From contig JAPMXV010000044.1 in NCBI GenBank assembly GCA_026936335.1, positions 186,001 through 250,000 on the forward strand: a DNA stretch of 64,000 nucleotides, read 5' to 3'. The notes beneath the pieces were generated by a model, which saw only the letters and a list, made by a program, of their open reading frames with translations, was not told the DNA's origin and did no database searches. Shown piece by piece: positions 34,197 through 46,610 of this stretch; the first letter of the stretch is position 1, and the number at the start of each line of letters is the position of its first letter. The translations under genes and the position numbers were made by a program. The DNA comes from Mantamonas sphyraenae STR306. Lineage: Eukaryota; Protista; CRuMs.

Positions 34197-36221
34197 ATGC
34201 GGAGGAGCCGCCGTACGCGTGCGCAACAGACTGCGTCGACAAGAGGGGACGAAGCGGAAGGCACGCCACCGACCAACGAGGCGCAGGAGCCTGTGCGGAC
34301 GAGGAGAAGCACACGCACACGCACACGCGCAGCACAGACAACCAAGGCAGACGTGGATGCAGACAAGGGTAGAACGAATTTCAGCGACAGTGGAAATGGG
34401 AGAGAAACACGTCGTTCAGGCCGCGGGCGATCACAGCGCACAGACGCAAAGCAGACGGCACAGACAAAGACACGGAACACACGGAACACACGTGCAAGCA
34501 CACGTCTCAACTCATCGGTACCACCATCATCACCCACAAACACAAAGGGGCCCACAACACGTGGCAAGCGCACACGCAGCGGACGGCGAATCGCAGCGCG
34601 AGCTCCTTCCCCTCTGGCGTCGTCATCCGAGGACGAGAGCGACAAGGAGGATGCGGAGGATGAGTGGAAGCCAGACGATCGAGATGATACAAGCTACCAC
34701 GACGACGACGACGAGGAGCTGCAGGATGAACTGGTGCAGGATGATTTGGAGCTCGACTACGAACCAGCAAGCGATGACGACAGCGACGAAGACGACATGC
34801 TGACCATTACTGTGGCGCCGAGAAAACGTAAGAACAGTGTCCAAAGACGCAAAACGCGCAAGAGCAGCCCTCCCAAGCGCAAACGCAGGCGTCACTCCAG
34901 CGCCGACTCGTTCGATCCTGGTGACGCGCCTGAGCTGGAAGACTTTTCACCCACCAAGGCAGGGGTGACGTCAACGTCTTCCTCCTCCTCCTCCTCCTCC
35001 TCCTCCACCACCACCACCACCACCACCAGGAATGACGCAGAGACGCTGGCGCTCGTCAAGGCGCAGCTGCAGTTGTCTGCGATTCCTGCGTCGATGCCAT
35101 GTCGCGAAAACGAGCGCCGGCAGATCCTGCGGTTTGTAGAGAGTGGAATTGAACAGGGCGGTGTGGGACACGCATTGTACATTTCGGGAGTGCCTGGGAC
35201 AGGCAAGACAGCGACGGTGCGGGAGGTTGTACGCACGCTGCGGAAGCGGCAACGGGCAGGCAAGCTGGATGACTTTGTGTTTGTGGAGCTTAATGGCTTG
35301 AAGCTACAGCGATCGGAAGAGGCTTACCGCACGATCTTTGCCAGTCTGACTGGCAAACGGGCACAGACGTCACGAGCTCGCGAGGAGCTGACGCGGCTGT
35401 TCAAAAGCTCGCAGGAACGCAAGGTGACGGTTGTGCTTGTGGACGAGCTGGACGCACTGGTCACACGTAAGCAAACAGTGCTTTACAACCTGTTTGATTG
35501 GCCATCGCTGCCGCATGCGCACCTGGTGGTCATAGGCATTGCCAACACAATGGATCTGCCGGAACGCCTGCTACCCAAGATTAACAGCCGCATGGGGCTC
35601 ACACGCATCTCGTTTGCACCATACAACCGTATGCAGCTGCAGCAGATTGTCAGCGAGCGTCTGCAGAGTACAGGAGCGTTTGACGACGAGGCGATCGAGT
35701 TTTCCGCACGCAAGATTGCGGCCATTTCGGGCGACTGCCGGCGCGCACTGAACATCTGTCACCGAGCAACAGTTCTGGCACAGGAGGATCTGGAGGAGGG
35801 GAAGCTGGAGCAGCTGCGGGTGACGCACAAGCACGTGCAGCGCGCCGTGGACGAAATGTTTTCGTCTAGCATGGTGCGTGCCATCCAGCACGCCAGCCAG
35901 CAGGAGAAAATGTTTCTGTGCAGCATGCTCATGGGCATGCGCCTCGAGGACACCAAGCAGATCTCATTCCGCGCAGTATGCAGGCGCCACCTCGAGCTCT
36001 GCTGGACGTACAATCTGAATCCGCCGTCTTCGTCTGCTCTCACGGGCATTGTCGACCGCCTGGCCTCCTGCCGCCTAGTCAACCTCGAGAGTGCCCACGC
36101 ACATCTCGATCAGCGCCTTTCGCTCAATGTGGATGACGAGGATGTGCACTACGCCCTTTCCAGCGCCCATCCCATGGGGACCCTCCTTGACAGGCAGCAG
36201 CGTGCACTGGAAAGTAGTTGA
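34197..36221 (+). CDS. ORC1: Origin recognition complex subunit 1
   Basis: MPCRENE, YISGVPGTGKT, LVDELDALVTRKQTVLYNLFDWP, IANTMDLPER, SGDCRRAL. Confidence 0.93.
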   Translation: MRRSRRTRAQQTASTRGDEAEGTPPTNEAQEPVRTRRSTRTRTRAAQTTKADVDADKGRTNFSDSGNGRETRRSGRGRSQRTDAKQTAQTKTRNTRNTRASTRLNSSVPPSSPTNTKGPTTRGKRTRSGRRIAARAPSPLASSSEDESDKEDAEDEWKPDDRDDTSYHDDDDEELQDELVQDDLELDYEPASDDDSDEDDMLTITVAPRKRKNSVQRRKTRKSSPPKRKRRRHSSADSFDPGDAPELEDFSPTKAGVTSTSSSSSSSSSSTTTTTTTRNDAETLALVKAQLQLSAIPASMPCRENERRQILRFVESGIEQGGVGHALYISGVPGTGKTATVREVVRTLRKRQRAGKLDDFVFVELNGLKLQRSEEAYRTIFASLTGKRAQTSRAREELTRLFKSSQERKVTVVLVDELDALVTRKQTVLYNLFDWPSLPHAHLVVIGIANTMDLPERLLPKINSRMGLTRISFAPYNRMQLQQIVSERLQSTGAFDDEAIEFSARKIAAISGDCRRALNICHRATVLAQEDLEEGKLEQLRVTHKHVQRAVDEMFSSSMVRAIQHASQQEKMFLCSMLMGMRLEDTKQISFRAVCRRHLELCWTYNLNPPSSSALTGIVDRLASCRLVNLESAHAHLDQRLSLNVDDEDVHYALSSAHPMGTLLDRQQRALESS

Positions 36222-36678
36222 GACAATGAAGGAAGGAGAAATAGCAATAGGTGATTTCATTTGTGTCCCAAAGTGATCTGTCGACAGGCTCTGCGTTTCC
36301 CCCAGACAGCAAGCTGGCAAGGCAGACGGGCCGGCGAGCGACACACAAGCACACACACACCCCGGACGAAGCAGCCAGCGCCTGCATACGAAACAGCACT
36401 CCATGCGCGCGGCCTCGTGGCCAAATGCATAGTCTCTCGTGTGCGTTTCTTGCAGAGCTGGTTCCGTTCGGGTGGTCGTGTCTTGGCTTTGTCTCGCGTG
36501 TCCTCTGTGGCTGCTGCTCACTTGCTCTGCTTGCTGCTGGTCCAGAGTCGGTCTCCAGTTCCACTTGCGACTGGTCATGCTGCTCTCAGCGCAAGGCAGA
36601 GGAAGGCGGCGTGCCGCGCAGGCCCAAAGGGGCGCTGTGCAGCAGGCGGCCGTCCGTTGCTCTTGGCGGCTGGTTGAT

Positions 36679-37257
36679 TTAGAGCAGGATGCACTTCTTG
36701 CTCTTCTTGGGCTGCTTGGCGGGCATCAGCACAGCGCGGATGGCCTCGTCAAACACGTTCTTCAGACCCTTCTGAGTCAGGGCCGAGCACTCCAGGTACT
36801 TCACGCTGTTGATCTCCTTGGCCATCTGCAGACCCTGCTGGTACGTGATCGGCGCAAGGCCCTTCTCGTTCAGCTTGGCAATCGTGTCCTTGTCGTCACG
36901 CAGATCCAGCTTCGTGCCCACCAGAATCGACGGTGTGCCCGGTGCGTGGTGCGAGATCTCAGGGTACCACTTGCTCTTGACGTTCTCGAACGACGACGGC
37001 GAGATCAGCGAGAAGCAGATCAGGAACACGTCCGTCTGCGGGTACGACAGCGGGCGCAGGCGATCGTAATCCTCCTGTCCGGCCGTATCCCACAGACCCA
37101 GGTTGATGGGCTTGCCATCCACCATCACGTTGGCGCTGTAGTTGTCAAACACCGTCGGGATGTACTCTCCCGGGAAGGCGTTGGTGGTGTACGAGATCAG
37201 CAGACAGGTCTTGCCCACTGCTCCGTCTCCGACGACGACACACTTGATGCTCTGCAT
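36679..37257 (-). CDS. RAC1: Rac GTPase, copy 2 (intronless CDS)
   Basis: 192 aa, same protein sequence as spliced copy 1. Confidence 0.96.
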   Translation of the reverse strand: MQSIKCVVVGDGAVGKTCLLISYTTNAFPGEYIPTVFDNYSANVMVDGKPINLGLWDTAGQEDYDRLRPLSYPQTDVFLICFSLISPSSFENVKSKWYPEISHHAPGTPSILVGTKLDLRDDKDTIAKLNEKGLAPITYQQGLQMAKEINSVKYLECSALTQKGLKNVFDEAIRAVLMPAKQPKKSKKCILL

Positions 37258-37834
37258 GTTTTTGGTTGGGTTTGGTTTTTTGTTCAGGGAATTCGCAAAC
37301 GCGAGTTTGTTTGGCTTGTTTAGGTTTTTGGCGCGGGTAGCTTCGTAGCTGTTGCTTTCGATGTATGTGGAGTCAGATCAGTCGTAAAAACGAGGCGATG
37401 TGATGTCCACTTGAAAGGGGGGTTGAGAGAAAGGTTTTGTAGTTCTTCCGGTTGGGTTGGTCGGCGAGGGGCACCGCAACCCCTTTCTTTTTGAACCGCC
37501 CCGCGCGGAATTCCGCGTTTTTCCCGCGCTCCATTTCGCTTCACAAAACACCTTTCACACTCCAACAACATCCTCCTGCATCTTGATACATGCCCAGGCC
37601 TACGTGGCAACCGTTCATGAGACTCTAATGTCCCCTCCAAGGCCGCATATAGCACTTTGACAAAGTTGCGCTGGACCTTCACCGCCTTCTGCGGCCTTCT
37701 GCATTCTCTTCAGCACCCAAGAGCCGACCCTCTCTCCTTCTCTGCCAATTTCCACCCCTCCTGCACACCTCCGACATGTCTCGTCATCTTGAACGCGCCG
37801 CATCGCGCGGCCGCAACCCACGCAACCACCTGCC

Positions 37835-40800
37835 ATGGAATCTGCCCCTCCACCCATCTCCAGCAGTGGTGCAAGGCCATTTGTAGGCTCCCTTGACGAC
37901 TACGCACGCTCCAAGCGTCAGGACCGCGAGCAGGGCGCCCCTTCCGAACGTCACGACCGCTCCTCACGCGACCACGACCGCCACGACAACCGCAGAGGCC
38001 GCCGTGACTCCTTTGACCGCCACGACAACCACCGTGGAGGCAGACGCGACCATCACGCGCGTGGACGTGGACGTGGACGTGGACGTGGACGAGGACGAGG
38101 ACGAAACTCACGCGAACGATTCGTCGCTCGCACTCCCGAGGTACCTTCCACGTGACCCCTGCCATCTCCGTTTCTTTCACGCGGCCCGCACCCGCGCTCA
38201 CAACTCCCCATCCGTACCACCCACCATTTCCTTCCCCCGCGCACACACACACTTCTTCTATCCCGCGCCGCACAGGAGCAAATCAAGGCCGACATCACCT
38301 TGCTCGGCGATTGCCCGCCCTCTCGCCTCGAAACAGACATCGACTCGCTTGCACGTTCGCTCCTGCCCAACCTCGCCGACCATGGCGACCTCATCGTCGA
38401 CACCATCCTCGAGTGGTACGTCTTCATTCCCGTGCGTCAGCCCCGTCTCTCTGTGCATGTCCTGACACACACGCCACCACCCCCGCAGTGCCCTCGGCCT
38501 CTCCACAAAGACCACCGTGTACGCCACCCTCATTGGCCTCATCAACGTCCAAGTGTACCAGTTTGGCCGAGACTGTGTCGTCCTCACAGCCGAGCAGCTT
38601 CAGGCCGCTCTCAACGACGGTGATCACCTGCGCACAAAGCTCGCCCTCCGCTTCCTCTGCTGTCTCGTCAACGCGAATGCCGTCACTGCAACCTCTGTCC
38701 TTGCCCTCCTCGAAAGCCTTGTCCAGGCGGGCATCCAGGCACCAGGCACCACGCCGTACAAAGCCGACTTTTTCGCCTGGCTCATCCTCTCCGCCCTCCC
38801 CTGGTGTGCCACTGAACTCAACACCCAGCGCGCCAAGCGCTTTGACGAGCTGCTCGACAGCATTGGGGCCCATTGTGAGGCCCGCAGTGCTGGCGTCAAC
38901 GCCGTTCTGCGCTTGTTTCCAAAGCTCGACTCCTCCGAGGACTTTGTGCACACCCTGTGGCTTGCCGCCAAGCAGCAAAAGGCTGCCAACTGGAAAGAGA
39001 TGTCTGTCATTGTGCATCCTTACCGTGTGTTTGACGTCGACATGCGCAACGCCGTCCAGCACCGCATTCCCGACGTTGTCCTCGACACACACTCTGCCGT
39101 CTTCTACCCGCCCGCCGCAGAGACCTTTCGCATCTTTGACCCCGCCGACAGTGAGGCATCCTTTACCCCACTCGAGCGCTTTGTCATTGAGCAGCTCATC
39201 CGTGACGTCCTCGTCGAGTTTTACTCCCAGCGCGACGATATTGTCCGCTTCCTCCGCAACCTGCCCACCGCCGGCGCCGCCTACGAGCTCATCCTCATGG
39301 AGACGCTGTTTGCCGAAATGCTGCGTGTGCCCCGCTCCGTGTTCCCCACCGCCTTTTACTGCTCCGTCGTCGTCGACCTGTGCAAAGCAGACCCGCAGAC
39401 GTTTGGGCCCGTTGTCGGACGCACCATCTTCTCTCTGTATGATATGCTCAACGACATGGACATCGAGGTGCTCGAGCGCTTTTCCGAGTGGATGGCCCAC
39501 CACCTCAGCAATTTTGACTTTCAGTGGGATTGGGACATGTGGGCAGACGACGCCTTTGGCACAGACGCACCCCTCCACCGTGAATTTATTCGCCAAACTA
39601 TCAACCGCTGCCTTCGTCTCTCCTACGACGAGCGTATCCTCGACGTCCTCCCGCAGCGCTTTGCCGACGAATTCCTCCCCACCTCGGAGCCCTACAACCC
39701 GCTCACAGGCGCAGGGGCTTTTGAGCTGACCCCGGCCGCCTCCACCACCATCGTCATGGCCGACGATGCCATGGACGAGGAAGACCAAGCCACGTCCAGC
39801 AGCGCAGCTGCCGCTGAAGCCGATGCCCACGCAGAGGATGCCGACGACAAACAGGACAATGGCAACGACGACCACAACGACTCGCAGTCCGCATCTCTCA
39901 CACAAGACCAACAGGCGCTCATGGACAAAGCAACGCAACTTGCCGAAAAGGTGCGTGCCAAGGAGGAGGCCGACAGCACGCTGACCTGGCTACAGGACAC
40001 GTGTGCAGGCTCTGCCAACGATATGGCAACCGTGGTCGGCCTCGTGCTGTTGCACCTGAGCACACGCAGTGTCAGCCACGTAGTCAACATGCTCCAAGAG
40101 TATGCAACTGTGTGTGCAGCTGTGTTTGGACACGACGAAGACCTGCGCCAGCACCTGCTCTGCCTGGCCCACGCGTGCTGGTCCGCAAACACCCGCAGCC
40201 TCGTCCTCTTTGTCGATGCCCTCGTCAAGGAACAGTGTGTCAGCGCACAGGACGTCGTCGCCTGGCTCTTTTCCAACGACATGGCCGACGACCTCATCCG
40301 CGACCACCCGTGGCGCATCCTTCACAACGTCATCGACAAGAATCTCCACGTCCAGCGCAACGCCCAGTTCCGCATGGAGGACCTCACACGCGAGCTCGAG
40401 GACGCCCAACAGCGCGTTTCCTCCTCCTCCTCCTCCTCCTCCTCCTCTGACAACGACAACGACAACGATGCTGAAGAAGCACTCGAGCGCCTCCAGGCAG
40501 ATATCAAGCGGCACGAACACAAACTCACCGAGATTGAACGTGCCCACAAGGATCTCTTCCTCATCACCTTCCAACGCCTCATCCTCCTCCTTGACGAATA
40601 CCTCTCCTCGCTCGGCGATTCCAAGGGCGACACGCCCGCCGCTGAGGAGGGCGCCGACGCGGCAACTGTCTTTGACCTGCGCGCTCACATCTACCTCGGG
40701 CACCTCGTACAGGTCGGTCGCAAGTACAGCCGTCAAATCGCCGTCTTTATGTCCACTCTCGACACTCTGCTCCTGGGCGGTGACGTCGACTCGCGCATTG

Positions 40801-40838
40801 CAGACGTCTTTTCACATCTCAAGGCCATTGCAGCCTGA
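37835..40838 (+). CDS. NCBP1: Nuclear cap-binding protein subunit 1 (CBP80), 3 exons
   Basis: KTTVYATLIGLIN, ILSALPW, ERFSEWMAHHLSNFDFQWDW, CLRLSYDERI. RG-rich N-terminus. Confidence 0.9.
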
Positions 40839-40845
40839 TCACACG

Positions 40846-43324
40846 TCACTCCTCCACCGCGGACGACGACGACGACCCACTCCCAAATGGCTGGCTCGCG
40901 TACACCGTCAGGGTAAACTCGAGGTGCACCTGCGCGTCAAACGTGGTCGGCACGATCAGGTATTTGTTGGGCGGCACCTCGGGGAAGCACACGTCCACAG
41001 ATTGGCCCGACACGTACTCGCTCTGGCCCACCACGTCGGCAGCGTCCAGGTAGTCGTCGTCCACTGCAAAGTAAAACCCAATGCCCTGCATCGTCTCTTC
41101 ATCGTTGGCCTGCGACAACACAATCACCACCCGGCACGGCTCCTCGTTCACAAATGGGAACCTAGGATTCTCTGTCCATGTCTCGTGGTTCTGGCACCCT
41201 CCGCACAGACCATCCTTCCACGCACCGTGGTACGTCATTTCGTACCCCTGCTCCGCCGCATTCAGCGCAACTGTTGCTCTGCTCTTGGCCCGCAGCTCGA
41301 ACCGCGCATCCACGTCCGCGTAAAACGTGCACGGAATGATCACATAGAACTGCTCTGGTTCCAACTGCAGCTCTGCGCTCACCACCGCCGCATTCGTGAA
41401 CGTCTCTGTGTGCACCATCTGTTCGCTGCGCACGGAAAACACTTTGGTCGGTGTGTCAGTCGCAAGCACATAGAAGCCCACATACTGCAAACCCGAATCA
41501 TCCATCGGCTCTTGTTCCAGTTCCAACACCACCTTGGCCTGTTGGTCCACAGACACGACAAACTGCGGGTTGCTGCGCCATGTACAATGGTTCATGCACC
41601 CGCCCGCAGTGCCAAACAGCCGATTCCATTTGCCCGCCATAGACACCTCGTTCGGTGCCTCAATGGGCGCCACACGCAGCTCGTGCTCCGTGTACAGCGT
41701 CAAGATGTAGTCCAGCTCCTGGTGCGGCTCAAACGTGCACGGGATCAGCACATACTTGTGCTCGGGCTCCAGCCGCACCTCTTTCGACACCTCCCGCTCG
41801 GGTGCAAACATGGAAATGGCCACAATGTCCTCGTTGCGCACAGACGACACCGGCAGCGTGTTGTCGTCCACGCGCAGCAGGTAGAACCCCAACGCCACGT
41901 CGTAGTCACTCAGGGCACGGTTCATCCGCTTGTCAGGCTGTTGCAGGCTCACAAACACCTCGGTGTCCTCCGTGTGCACGTCGATGGCGTACTGTTGGTT
42001 CTGGATCCACAGGGGCGTGTTCATGCATCCGCCTGCTTTGTCACCCTCGAACCGCTGCTCAAACACGTGCTTGTTCCACTTCTCCCCCATTTCGTCGTCG
42101 TACAGACGGCACACATACATCTTGTTGAAGACGCGAATGAAATCCGAGTAACTCATGAAGAAGGTGCCGTCGTCCTCAAAGTCAAACTTCAGCTCCGCCT
42201 TGATCTCCGGTGTCCACTCTGCAGAGCCGTCCGACCACGCTCCCGTCCACTCCTTCTGGCCCCATGGGTTGCGAATCTTCAACAGCCGCTCGCCCGTGGA
42301 CAGCGGCACCACGTCCATCACGCCGTACGCATGGTTGTACAGGATTCCGTTGCCCATGTCACTCTCCGTCACATGCTCTTCCGTCGAACGCGCACAGCCC
42401 ATGAGGAATCCTTCCTTCTCAAACTTGAGCAGCAGATTGAACAGTGTGTCGTTTTCAATCAGTGCCTGCACGTAGTCCGACTCAAACAGCAGCTTCTCTG
42501 GACTCCCTCCAGTCATGTCCACCAGTCCATGTGCCACAGAGCCTCCCTCCAGCGCCTGGTAACACCCGTGCAGCTTGGCGTATGCCTGTTGTTGCCGTTC
42601 CCCCCCCCCCCACCCACAATGGTGTCAGTGTCTCCGGTTAGTTGGCGTTGCGGACAAACGGCGGCGCGCTGTGGGGATCCCCAGCGCGTCTGCAAGCCTC
42701 ACCTTTTCCAACAGCGGCACCCACAGCTCGTTGCGCTCGTGGCAGCTCGCAAACACAAGGCTGTCCCAACTGGTCACTGGCAATCGGTCGTCCACGGTCA
42801 CTTCACGCCAGTGGCCGTCCTTGAAGAAGCGAAACGTGTAGCGCCCTTCCTGCTCGTCAGCATCCACAAACAACCGGTCCAGCAGCTCCTGCCTCGTGGC
42901 CAGCACTGTCGCACGTATCCAGCACCACAGCGTGTGAAAGCCCGCGTCCATCGTCCCTTTGTGTCAGACAACACCATCCCTGTTTCCACGTCGTGCTCCT
43001 CGCACGCACGCACGCACGCACGTGCCGCCTTGTCCTCTTTGCGCGCGAATGGAGGGAGCCCCTCCACTCCTCACACCTGGTTCACCCACACCACCACTCA
43101 CCACACAAAGCCCCCAGGAACCAACAGTCGCCCAAAGAGCCCTGCTGAACATCTGCCGACGATGCTCCATCGGCAAACAGCGTAGGCGAATCGAACAACT
43201 CCACAGGTCGCTTCCACCCCGCAAGCACTCCCACTGCAGGCCCAACCTTTTCGCCTGCAAGCACAGCTGGTGCGTCTGAATACACAGACTCGTCCGTCGC
43301 GTCAAACTCGGTGTCTGTGAACAT
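40846..43324 (-). CDS. Calpain-family cysteine protease with three tandem domain-III (C2-like) repeats, spliced
   Basis: QQGSLGDCW, NHAYGV, IRNPWG triad. Three GGC.N...W..N motifs. Confidence 0.9.
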
Positions 43325-43363
43325 CGGGAGTTGGCTTCACCTGCGTCCCCAGTGTACATTCAT

Positions 43364-45202
43364 TCACCTTTTGTCGTTCCCACCAAACGCTGTCGAGTTG
43401 CCATTGTCATACGAATTCCCGCCGCCGCCACGTCGTTCCCCTTGGCCACCAAACGACGAGAAGCCATGCACGTTGCCTCGTGCGCCGGCTCCTTTCCGCG
43501 ACACCCCTCCTCCACTGCCCCCCAGCGACGCCACGTTGCCGTTCTGACGCACACCACGCCCGCCTGCCCCACTGCGCCCTTTTCCTTGTCCCTGGCCTTG
43601 TGCTTGGCCCTGTGGCTGATTCAATGTCCCCTCGCGGCCGCGTTCCCGCATCAGCCGCTCCAGTTTCAGGTTGGGCCCGTACTGCCACCATCCCTCGCCC
43701 GGAATCGGCTTTGTCGGATCCTCCTCGTCGTTTCGCTTTCCCCCGTGGCCCTCTTCCGCATCCTCTTTGCCTTTGCTGCTCCCGAGGCCGCCGAATGTCT
43801 GCACTCGCGCTCCGAATTTGGGCTGCTTACGTTTGCTCGGAGTGTACGTCACCGACTTACTGCTGTTGCTACTGTTGCTTCCTTTGTCACCCCCCTTGTT
43901 GAATGGATTGAGCCATCCCAGCCACGACGACACTCCACTGCTGCTGCTGCTGCTGCTGCTTCCTCCTCCCACTGCGCCCCCTCCGCCCATGTAACTCGCC
44001 ACATTGCTCTCTCTCTCTCCAGTTGATCCATATGCGCGCTCCCCCGCCTCCCCATGTTCCTCCGCCATTGCCATCGTCGGGCCAACGTACGTGGTTGCCT
44101 CCATCGCCTTCAGAACCATACGCCCTCCAGGCACCAAATCCAGCTGCTCCAGTGTCATCTCGCTGTCTCCAGCACCCAAGTCTCGTGGTGGGAATCCGTA
44201 CGCCAGCACGTACGACACGGGGCCGTCCGTCCGATTGGTTGCCAGCCAGGACTCCACCTGTTTCACCGTCGTTTCCGGTACAAATGTGTGGTACAGCGTC
44301 TGGCCGTTTGTCAACTGGAATCCAATCTCTGTGGATGCGTGCACATGTGCCTGTGCCGTACTCTTGGCTGCAGGGGGCGGTGGCGGAACACCTCTGCTGG
44401 TACGGCCCGTTCGTTCGCTTGCCCCGTGCCTCTCCTTGTTCGACTGTTGCCACTGCTTGTCCATCTCCTGCTTCCGCTGCTTCCTTTCTTTGTCTTCTTC
44501 CTTTGCCGATTGTCGTGCAAACTGTCTGCTGCTGCGTTGCGTGTTGTTGCTCGCAACCTGCTTGCCGCCTGCCCCTGCAGCCCGGTTCGCCCCTGCTGTG
44601 CGTCCCTTCCCCTCTGCACCTTTTGTTTGAGCTTGGGAGGTCCCAGGCGTCCGTTTGCCCTGCTCCCCGCCTTGACGTGGCACGCGCGGCGGCTTTCCGC
44701 TTCCCGCCGTAACCCCGGGGTTTGTCGAGTCGGTTTCCACACTTCTCTTTCCTGCGTTCCCCATGCCATGCTGCAATTCTGCGCTCTGTGTCTGCGACTG
44801 TGCCTGCGCCTGTGCCTGTTGCTGCTGTGCAAGCATTTGCATCAGCTGCGCACTCATGATCCACTGATGGCGCCGCTCCGCAGCAGCCGCCAGACCGGCA
44901 CGCACCTTGTCCACGCTCACAGGCGCCGTTACAAAGCCCATTGAGTCCATGTTGGGCGCCACAAAGTACACAATGGGCAGGATGCTTACGTCGTGGCTGC
45001 GTTTGAACACGTTGCAGTCCTCAGAGCCCACAAGCAGCTCCAGGTTGATCGTCTCCTGCATCCCCGCAACCACCTCTTTGTCTTCCCACATCCCTTCCAG
45101 CTCCTCCTCCTCCTCCTCTCCCTTGACCACCACCATTAGCGGTCGTGCCTCGCTTTGCGCCCGCTCCATCGCCTCTGCAAGACTGCCTTGGAAGAAGGAC
45201 AT
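43364..45202 (-). CDS. UBXN4/erasin-like protein (thioredoxin-like N-domain plus UBX)
   Basis: MSFFQGSLAEAMERA, UBX with FPPR loop and TLEQLDLVP, C-terminal YDNGNST. Confidence 0.8.
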   Translation of the reverse strand: MSFFQGSLAEAMERAQSEARPLMVVVKGEEEEEELEGMWEDKEVVAGMQETINLELLVGSEDCNVFKRSHDVSILPIVYFVAPNMDSMGFVTAPVSVDKVRAGLAAAAERRHQWIMSAQLMQMLAQQQQAQAQAQSQTQSAELQHGMGNAGKRSVETDSTNPGVTAGSGKPPRVPRQGGEQGKRTPGTSQAQTKGAEGKGRTAGANRAAGAGGKQVASNNTQRSSRQFARQSAKEEDKERKQRKQEMDKQWQQSNKERHGASERTGRTSRGVPPPPPAAKSTAQAHVHASTEIGFQLTNGQTLYHTFVPETTVKQVESWLATNRTDGPVSYVLAYGFPPRDLGAGDSEMTLEQLDLVPGGRMVLKAMEATTYVGPTMAMAEEHGEAGERAYGSTGERESNVASYMGGGGAVGGGSSSSSSSSGVSSWLGWLNPFNKGGDKGSNSSNSSKSVTYTPSKRKQPKFGARVQTFGGLGSSKGKEDAEEGHGGKRNDEEDPTKPIPGEGWWQYGPNLKLERLMRERGREGTLNQPQGQAQGQGQGKGRSGAGGRGVRQNGNVASLGGSGGGVSRKGAGARGNVHGFSSFGGQGERRGGGGNSYDNGNSTAFGGNDKR

Positions 45203-45478
45203 GCTCGTCGTTGCTGTGGGCCATGCTGCGCCCCGCAGCCACTCCCTGCAACCGCCTACCCAATCCACCTTGCATGAACAGCCTACACACTTCCTTGTCC
45301 GATGTCGTTTCTGCACTCTGCACAATCGGATTGCGAGCTGGAGAAATGTGAATTTTTGATTTGCTTCTTGCTCTCTTTCTTGCTCATCTGCAGGTTTGAC
45401 AATGTCTGTGAGTGACGACAGCAAAGATGGCCCCTTCCGTTTGCTGTTGGCCGCCACACAATTTGTGCCTTCCATTGT

Positions 45479-46532
45479 TCACTGCGATTCGGCCAGCGCG
45501 TCCACGACACTCCTCGCGTTCTGAAGCTGGAAACCCGTGTATGCCTCGAAAAACACCTCAAACAACACCTTCATCACTTCGCCCGCAGCGAGCATGGTGA
45601 TCATTCTGTGTGTGCGGCGATCGTGTCAGCATGTCGGACGCATATCCGGTCCGGAATCCTCGCACCCATTTCGGCGAGTTTCCCGCCACCGCTTCCCTGC
45701 ACCGCCTCCCGGTCGCATCCGCATGCCCAAACTTACGACAATGTGAATGTCATGCCCCTGTGCAAATGCTCTTCCTCCACACCCCAGTTGCGCAAGCCGT
45801 TCTGCATCACTGTCGATGAGAGGATCGAAAACACCACCACCCAAACTTTGTGCAGGTAACCCATAACCACAAGGAACCCGATGCTCGGGATCAGCGGCAT
45901 CATCATGCACAACAACAACAGGTACCACAGGTTCTTTGGCCTCTTGATCCATCGCTGGAAGCGCTCACCCACTGAGGTGTGTCGTATGTGTGCCGTGTTA
46001 GCAAGCATTTTCTCGCTGCGCCGAAAAGAGGACGGTGGAAAACGGGGGAAGCGTTTCGTCAACGACGCAAACCACCATCCTCCTCTCCCTGGTCTCTGGC
46101 AACTACCCGGACCCTTGCCAACCTACTAGGCATCGAGATTTTGTAGTCTGCACCACAGATTTCGCATTTGACGCCCGTCATCTTCAGCGTGCCCGTGCTG
46201 CGCTCAATCCACGTCCACAGGCATTCGGCGTGCACAAACTGCAGCGACCCCTTGCACTCACACGGCGACAGAAACTCGCCTGCCCCTCCATCCTCCAGAC
46301 AAATGCGGCATGCTTCCATACCCAGCGCCTCTGAGCCCTTGCTGTCCTCCATGGCCAGCGCGCGAACCAATTGTTCGTCGCTTGGCTCTGGGCTGCCTGA
46401 ACGCGACGACGACGATGACGATGACGATGATGACGACGACAGCTCAACTGCCTCTACCTCTGCCATGTCATCTGCTTCTCCATCTCCTTCCACGTTGTGA
46501 ATTCCTACAGGTCTCCTCCCTCCAGCAGACAT
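45479..46532 (-). CDS. RING-CH (MARCH-type) membrane E3 ligase, spliced
   Basis: CRIC..PCECKGSLQFVHAECL..W..CEIC followed by TM helices. Confidence 0.85.
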
Positions 46533-46610
46533 GGCGTTGTTGTTTTCCTTGCCTCTGTCGACGCTTGCCCTCCCAACCAAACCACCTTCTCTGCTTGTGT
46601 TCCTGTCACC

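Noticed and set aside
40102-43185. 1027 aa plus-strand ORF (also 26967-29219, 7235-8935, 38424-39938 and similar)
   Set aside because: Antisense shadows of real genes in GC-rich DNA; no motifs.
43324-43366. UBX-calpain fusion through a 27-nt GT..AG
   Set aside because: Splicing leads straight to TGA, and the UBXN4-like protein already has its normal C-terminal motif.
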